Assembly: GCA_965226495.1 (NCBI GenBank)
Contig: OZ245365.1
Coordinates: forward strand, 2,112,001 to 2,176,000
Direction of reading: 5' to 3'
Length of the DNA: 64,000 nucleotides
Origin: Candidatus Marinacidobacterales bacterium
Lineage (GTDB): Bacteria > Acidobacteriota > Vicinamibacteria > Marinacidobacterales > DATDRI01
The notes beneath the pieces were generated by a model. It searched no databases. It saw only the letters and a list, made by a program, of their open reading frames with translations, and was not told the origin of the DNA. The translations under genes were made by a program, and so were the position numbers. Below are positions 59,111-64,000 of the stretch, piece by piece (position 1 is the first letter of the stretch; the number at the start of each line of letters is the position of its first letter).

Positions 59111-60079
59111 TCAGGCTGTAGAACCGGCTTCCTTCTTAGAGAACCCCTCACGAGAAGCCTCGGCGATGTAGGTGAACCAGCCATGACGGTCCTCCCGTTC
59201 GCCGCTTAGAATTCCGAAAAACTCGTCTTGAAGGCGCTTGGTAATTGGGCCTCGTTTTCCGGAGCCCACCGGGATCTTATCGACGGAACGGACTGGCGTG
59301 ATCTCAGCCGCGGTCCCTACCATGAAGACCTCGTCTGCGATGTAGAGTGCTTCGCGAGGAATGACCTGTTCTTTGGTCGGGATGGCTGCGTCGTTGGCCA
59401 GGGTCAGCACCGAATCTCGAGTAATGCCCGGCAAGATCATGGAGTGACAGGGCGGGGTCATCAAAATTCCATTCGACACCACGAATAAGTTCTCGCCGCT
59501 TCCTTCGCTGACGAAGCCGAAGGAATCGAGGGCAATTCCCTCGGCGTAGCCCTCGACGACGGCCTCCATCTTGATGAGCTGTGCGTTCATGTAGTTGGCA
59601 CCGGCTTTGGCTGTTGTCGGAAGCGTGTTGGGTGCCACGCGATTCCAGGACGAGACGCGTACATCGATGCCTTCCGTGATGGCCTCTTCGCCGAGGTACC
59701 TGCCCCATTTCCACACCATGATGTAGCACTCCACCGGACAGGGAAAGGGGTTGACACCCAGCGAATGGTAACCACGAAAGACAATGGGGCGTATGTAACA
59801 TTCGTCCATGGCGTTGACGCGGATGGTCTCGATGATAGCTTCGCGGAACTCCTCGAGGCTAAAGGGAATCTCCGTCCTATAGATCTTGCAGGAGTTGAAC
59901 AGACGCTCCACATGCGGGTCCAGCCGGAAGACCCCCGACCCATTGGCCGTGTTGTAGCAGCGAATCCCCTCGAACAGGGCAGACCCGTAGTGAACGACGT
60001 GGGAGCCAACGTGAATGGTCGCCTCATCCCAGGGGACGAATTTGCCATTTATCCAGATTTTGTCAGATTTCGGCAGCAC
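59111..60079 (-). CDS. ilvE: Branched-chain amino acid aminotransferase
   Basis: HYGSALFEG, YIRP, AKAGANY, EGSGENLF, LPGITR, GTAAEITP; GTG start chosen. Confidence 0.95.
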   Translation of the reverse strand: MLPKSDKIWINGKFVPWDEATIHVGSHVVHYGSALFEGIRCYNTANGSGVFRLDPHVERLFNSCKIYRTEIPFSLEEFREAIIETIRVNAMDECYIRPIVFRGYHSLGVNPFPCPVECYIMVWKWGRYLGEEAITEGIDVRVSSWNRVAPNTLPTTAKAGANYMNAQLIKMEAVVEGYAEGIALDSFGFVSEGSGENLFVVSNGILMTPPCHSMILPGITRDSVLTLANDAAIPTKEQVIPREALYIADEVFMVGTAAEITPVRSVDKIPVGSGKRGPITKRLQDEFFGILSGEREDRHGWFTYIAEASREGFSKKEAGSTA

Positions 60080-60157
60080 GTACGATGCATCCTTGCCAAG
60101 ATTAGACCGTGAAGTTGTTTCCCGATGGAATAATTCAGATATTACACTAATCATACC

Positions 60158-60187
60158 ATCCTAGGGCAAAAACCCCAATTCTGTCAA
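60158..60187 (-). promoter_or_regulatory. Putative sigma70 promoter for ilvE-pilT-recX-alaS
   Basis: TTGACA-N18-TAGGAT on the minus strand. Confidence 0.45.
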
Positions 60188-60260
60188 CACGTTCGGCCCC
60201 CACCGGCGTCTGACTGCCTTGTTTATTGCAACCTCCGTATTTTGACGCCCAGGGAGCTTC

Positions 60261-60311
60261 GACCTCTCCCCCTTGGAGAGGAGGTCGGCCGCCAGAGGCG
60301 GCCGGGTGAGG
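60261..60311. repeat. REP-like palindrome
   Basis: gacctctcccccttggagaggaggtc and ggccgccagaggcggcc followed by gggtgagg; inverse of the 12894 element type. Confidence 0.6.
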
Positions 60312-60402
60312 AGTGGCACCTGGGTTACCCCAACATTTTTAACTGGGTTAACTGGCTGTTTGGCCTCCGGGGGGGCGCCTGGGCTGGGCGGCTAGACCGG
60401 CC

Positions 60403-61341
60403 TTACTGTCTCTCGTTACAGAAGGCGCAGTTCTCTGCGCGGTGGTGGAGGGGCTTCCGGCAGTTCCAACAGAACCGGCTTGTGGGCCGTTCGCGAGCCT
60501 TGAGTCGTTTCCGGATGTCAGTCAAGCGCGACCCTCGATAGTCGATCTCGGAGACCGTGGCCAGGTCATCGAGGAGCTCCTCAGCGCCTTGATATCGGTC
60601 GGTGACCTCGGGAGCGAGTGCCTTTTCCACGATTTCATTGACCTCTCGAGAGACGGCGCGGTTGCGCTCTCTGGGCGGCACTAACCGTCCCGAAGCCGCC
60701 ATCTTCTCCAGCTGTCTAGGGTTAGTGCTGAAGTAGGGAAGTGAGCCGGTCATCATCTCGTACATGATGACTCCGATGGAGTAGACGTCGGAAGCGAAGA
60801 CCGCCCGCCCCTGGAACTGTTCCGGTGCCATGTAGGGCGGGCTCCCGATTATGGTGGAGGCGTGATCGGCTATCTCTAGAAACCGGGAGGTCCCGAAATC
60901 AGCGATCTTGATGTTGCCCGACTCGGTGATAAGAACATTCCCTGGGCGAAGATCCCGGTGCAGAACACCCTGGCGGTGAGCGTGCTGTACTCCTTCGCAG
61001 ATCTGTCGGGAGAACGTAAGCGCCCGCGGGAGGTCGATGACTTTGTCCCGAGTCAGAATCGCTTCCAGAGTTTCTCCTTCGACGAACTCCATGACGATGA
61101 AGAAATAGTCGTCTGCTTTCTCGGCGGTGACGATTCGTACGATATTGTCGTGATCGAGGGCGGCAAGCAGTCTGGGCTCCCGGAGAAGCTCAGTGAAATC
61201 GACGCTCTGGCGGTGCGGAACTTTGATCGCGAACTTCTTGTCGATCCAAGTATCTTTGACTAGGTAGACGGTTCCGAAGCCGCCGCTGCCTAGAGTCTGG
61301 AGGATTTGATACTTGCCGATCTCTTGCCCGAGAAGGAACAT
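60403..61341 (-). CDS. Soluble protein kinase with C-terminal Zn ribbon
   Basis: GSGGFGTV, AIK, HRDLRPGN, DFG, GSPPYMAPE; CWNC..CAFC. Confidence 0.9.
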   Translation of the reverse strand: MFLLGQEIGKYQILQTLGSGGFGTVYLVKDTWIDKKFAIKVPHRQSVDFTELLREPRLLAALDHDNIVRIVTAEKADDYFFIVMEFVEGETLEAILTRDKVIDLPRALTFSRQICEGVQHAHRQGVLHRDLRPGNVLITESGNIKIADFGTSRFLEIADHASTIIGSPPYMAPEQFQGRAVFASDVYSIGVIMYEMMTGSLPYFSTNPRQLEKMAASGRLVPPRERNRAVSREVNEIVEKALAPEVTDRYQGAEELLDDLATVSEIDYRGSRLTDIRKRLKARERPTSRFCWNCRKPLHHRAENCAFCNERQ

Positions 61342-61398
61342 CCGCGCGGGAGTATAGCACCATCAGGAAATTTTTCTAACGGTCCTGTTCGGATGGCG

Positions 61399-62112
61399 TT
61401 AGGGCTGCGATAGCCACTCCAAGATGGCGGTCGCCGCCAGGGCTGCGGTCTCTGTCCGGAGAGTTCTGGGCCCAAGACCGACCGGCTCGAACCCTTTGGC
61501 TAGGGCGGAGGCGAGCTCCTCTTCCTCCCAACCGCCTTCCGGACCGATGACCACGAGACAAGCTGACGGGTGGGGCCCGCCACGCAGAGGCGGCCCGCCC
61601 ACCGTGAATAGAAGGCGACGCGAGTAGTCATCCCTTTCGATGAGGGCCTCGAATGTTAGGGGGGCTTCTACTTGCGGAACGATTCCGCGCCCCGATTGTT
61701 TACTCGCCTCCTCGGCGATCCGGCGCCAGCGGGCTATCTGTCCCGCCGCCCGACGGGCGGAAGCGGCGGTGCGGCCAGTGAGGAGCGGAACAACACGGTG
61801 AACGCCCAGCTCGGTGAGTTTTTGGACGATCCTAGCCATGCTGTCCATCTTCGGTACGGCGACCGCCACGGTGAGCTCGAGAGGAGATTCTCGGGTCGCG
61901 ATGGGCTCGAGTAGCTTGGCCGCCGCAGTGGTTTTTTCGCAACGCGTCAAGACGGCTCGAAATTCTTTGCCGTGCCCATCGAAGACGACAACCTCGTCGT
62001 TTGGGCGCAGGCGAAGTACGTTCAGCAAATGGTGCGCCTCGGTACCGGCAATCACCACTTCGCCCCTGGTCGGGATATCTGGAATGAGGAAGCGCCGTTC
62101 CCGCATCAACAT
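61399..62112 (-). CDS. rsmE: 16S rRNA m3U1498 methyltransferase
   Basis: HLLNVLRL, QKLTELGV, EASKQSGR, IGPEGG, LGPRTLRTETA. Confidence 0.95.
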   Translation of the reverse strand: MLMRERRFLIPDIPTRGEVVIAGTEAHHLLNVLRLRPNDEVVVFDGHGKEFRAVLTRCEKTTAAAKLLEPIATRESPLELTVAVAVPKMDSMARIVQKLTELGVHRVVPLLTGRTAASARRAAGQIARWRRIAEEASKQSGRGIVPQVEAPLTFEALIERDDYSRRLLFTVGGPPLRGGPHPSACLVVIGPEGGWEEEELASALAKGFEPVGLGPRTLRTETAALAATAILEWLSQP

Positions 62113-62957
62113 CAACGCGTCGAGCGAGCGAGCAGAGTGGCCCATTCGCCGGCCGTGTAATAGCGAACCGGCTTCATGTGGGAAGGCAAACTCTCTACTA
62201 GGTCTTCGACTTCGGAAACGAGAAGGCCCGAGAGGATGAGTGTGCCACCCGGCACAACCCACTCGGTCAGTCTGTTTAGGTGTCGGACCAGTATTGAAAA
62301 ACGGAGGTTGGCGATGACGAGATCGGCGACGTCCGGACGCGCATCAGAAAGGTCACAGGTCAGGACTTCAACTCGTCCATCCAGCCCGTTACGGCTCACG
62401 TTCTCTCGCGCACAGGACGCCGCGGCTGGATCGATGTCGATGGCGAGGACCGGCTCGCAGCCTAGCGCCGCCGCCGCCATCGCCAGAATTCCGGTTCCGG
62501 TTCCCACGTCAATGACTCTCACTCCCGGCGCGGCCGATTCTTCGACCAACTCGAGGCAGACCCGAGTCGTGTCGTGACTCCCCGTGCCGAACGCCTGCTC
62601 GGGGTCGATACGAAGGACGACCCGTTTGGTCTTTGGAGGCGTTTGCCAAGACGGCGAGACGTAGAACCGATCACCCAGTGCAAACCCAGACAGGCCTTTC
62701 TTCCACTGCTCGAGCCAGTCTTGTTCGGCAACCGCGGCGATCGGATCTATGCGAAGGCTGGGGAGGTCCTGTGCAAGTTTTTCGCTCAGCGGCCTAAGAT
62801 CTGTGCCGGGGAGGAAAAACGCCCATACAGATGCGGAGTCTGCGACCGTCTCCGTACCTATGCAGCCTTCCTCGAAGATGGTGCAGATGGCTGCGTCGAC
62901 ATCGTCACGCGGTCCCCTGAAGAGAAGACTCGGGTAGCTTCGGTGGGATCCTGGCAT
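62112..62957 (-). CDS. prmA: Ribosomal protein L11 methyltransferase
   Basis: DWLEQWK, IDPEQAFGTGSHDTT, DVGTGTGILA, LILSG. Confidence 0.95.
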   Translation of the reverse strand: MPGSHRSYPSLLFRGPRDDVDAAICTIFEEGCIGTETVADSASVWAFFLPGTDLRPLSEKLAQDLPSLRIDPIAAVAEQDWLEQWKKGLSGFALGDRFYVSPSWQTPPKTKRVVLRIDPEQAFGTGSHDTTRVCLELVEESAAPGVRVIDVGTGTGILAMAAAALGCEPVLAIDIDPAAASCARENVSRNGLDGRVEVLTCDLSDARPDVADLVIANLRFSILVRHLNRLTEWVVPGGTLILSGLLVSEVEDLVESLPSHMKPVRYYTAGEWATLLARSTR

Positions 62958-63008
62958 TGCTCGGGCTGACCGCCTGTCATTTCCTAGCAGTCGCTTGCGT
63001 CGACGAGT

Positions 63009-64000
63009 CTACGATCCGAACAGCTTACCGAGGAAGCCCTTTTCCTTCGAGTTTCCGTCGCGTGCTGCGGACAAAGGAGGCGTCAGCTCTCCGAGTTGGG
63101 CGAGTAATTTGCGTTGTTCTCCGCTCAGCTCGGTGGGGGTGACCACGTTGACCACAACCAGTTGGTGTCCCCGGCCGGACCCACGAAGTCGCGGAACGCC
63201 TTTTCCTTTGAGCTTGAAGATTGTCCCGGTTTGCGTGCCCTCGGGAACGGAAATCTTCTCCTTGCCATCGATGGTCGGAACTTCGATCTCATCACCCAAG
63301 GCGGCTTGGACAAAGCTGACGGGAACCTCGCAGAAAATGTCGTCCTCGCGACGCCCAAAAAACGGATGGTCCTCTACTTGAAGAAAAACGTAGAGATCTC
63401 CCGGTGGTCCGCCCCCCGCGCCGGCCTCGCCCTCGCCCGTCAAACGAAGCCGCGACCCGGTGTCTACTCCGGCCGGTATTTTGACGGACAGTTCCCGCTC
63501 CCGTGAAACCTGGCCGCCCCCAGAGCACTCTGGACAAGGCGTGGGGATGACTTGTCCGGTGCCATGACACCTCCCGCAGGCACGCGAGACGACCAGGAAG
63601 CCTTGTTGGTAGCGAAGATGTCCGTGACCGTCGCAAGTGGAACAAGAAGACTTCTTGGTTCCGGGCGCTGCGCCGGAACCACTGCAGTTGGAACAGGTTT
63701 GGGCACTCGGGATCCGAATCCGCGTCTCCGTTCCTTTAACCGCTTCTTCGAAGGTGATTTCCAGATCGTAGCGGAAATCTGCCCCGCGTCGGGCGGAGCT
63801 TCTCGTCCGCGCGCCGCCGAAGATATCGCCGAAGCCGAACAGATCTTCGAAAATGCTTCCGCCGAAAATGTCCGAAAACTCGCGAAAGATGTCCTGGTTG
63901 ACCGTGGGGCCGCCTTTGAGACCGGCGCGGCCGTACTGGTCGTAGACGGCTCGCTTCTCGGGGTCTCCGAGGATGCCGTACGCTTCTGCGGCTTCCTTGA
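63009..64000 (-). CDS. dnaJ: Chaperone DnaJ (5' partial)
   Basis: Four CxxCxGxG repeats (CSNCSGSG, CSTCDGHG, CGRCHGTG, CPECSGGG); GGPPGDLYV, AALGDEIEVPT; lies upstream of prmA-rsmE. Confidence 0.97.
   Translation of the reverse strand, partial: KEAAEAYGILGDPEKRAVYDQYGRAGLKGGPTVNQDIFREFSDIFGGSIFEDLFGFGDIFGGARTRSSARRGADFRYDLEITFEEAVKGTETRIRIPSAQTCSNCSGSGAAPGTKKSSCSTCDGHGHLRYQQGFLVVSRACGRCHGTGQVIPTPCPECSGGGQVSRERELSVKIPAGVDTGSRLRLTGEGEAGAGGGPPGDLYVFLQVEDHPFFGRREDDIFCEVPVSFVQAALGDEIEVPTIDGKEKISVPEGTQTGTIFKLKGKGVPRLRGSGRGHQLVVVNVVTPTELSGEQRKLLAQLGELTPPLSAARDGNSKEKGFLGKLFGS

Overview
GC-rich bacterial chromosomal window, probably Acidobacteriota or a similar myxobacteria-like signalling-rich lineage (inferred from gene content only). 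It holds about 57 CDS. Housekeeping genes include glpX, iscS, mnmA, rnc, ftsB, cutA, alaS, recX, pilT, ilvE, rsmE, prmA and a partial dnaJ. Signalling genes are dense: 3 Hanks-type kinases, 2 FHA proteins, a PP2C phosphatase, 2 PilZ proteins and a DUF4388-REC protein. Two genes are disrupted (ggt and an ornithine cyclodeaminase-family gene). There are several REP-like palindromes and two CTAG-flanked MITE-like elements. I found no rRNA, tRNA, CRISPR array or transposase. The most striking locus is 43.1-47.3 kb on the minus strand. A near-consensus sigma70 promoter precedes two tandem, diverged actin-fold ATPases that resemble haloarchaeal volactin rather than MreB or FtsA. They are separated by a mosaic of structured repeats and followed by a membrane-anchored peptidoglycan amidase, making this a candidate bacterial cytoskeleton/cell-wall remodelling module. 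Also notable are a candidate ~95-nt small RNA at 24.1 kb and a kinase-J domain-TPR fusion paired with a PilZ gene. All family assignments come from motif recognition by eye, not database searches.
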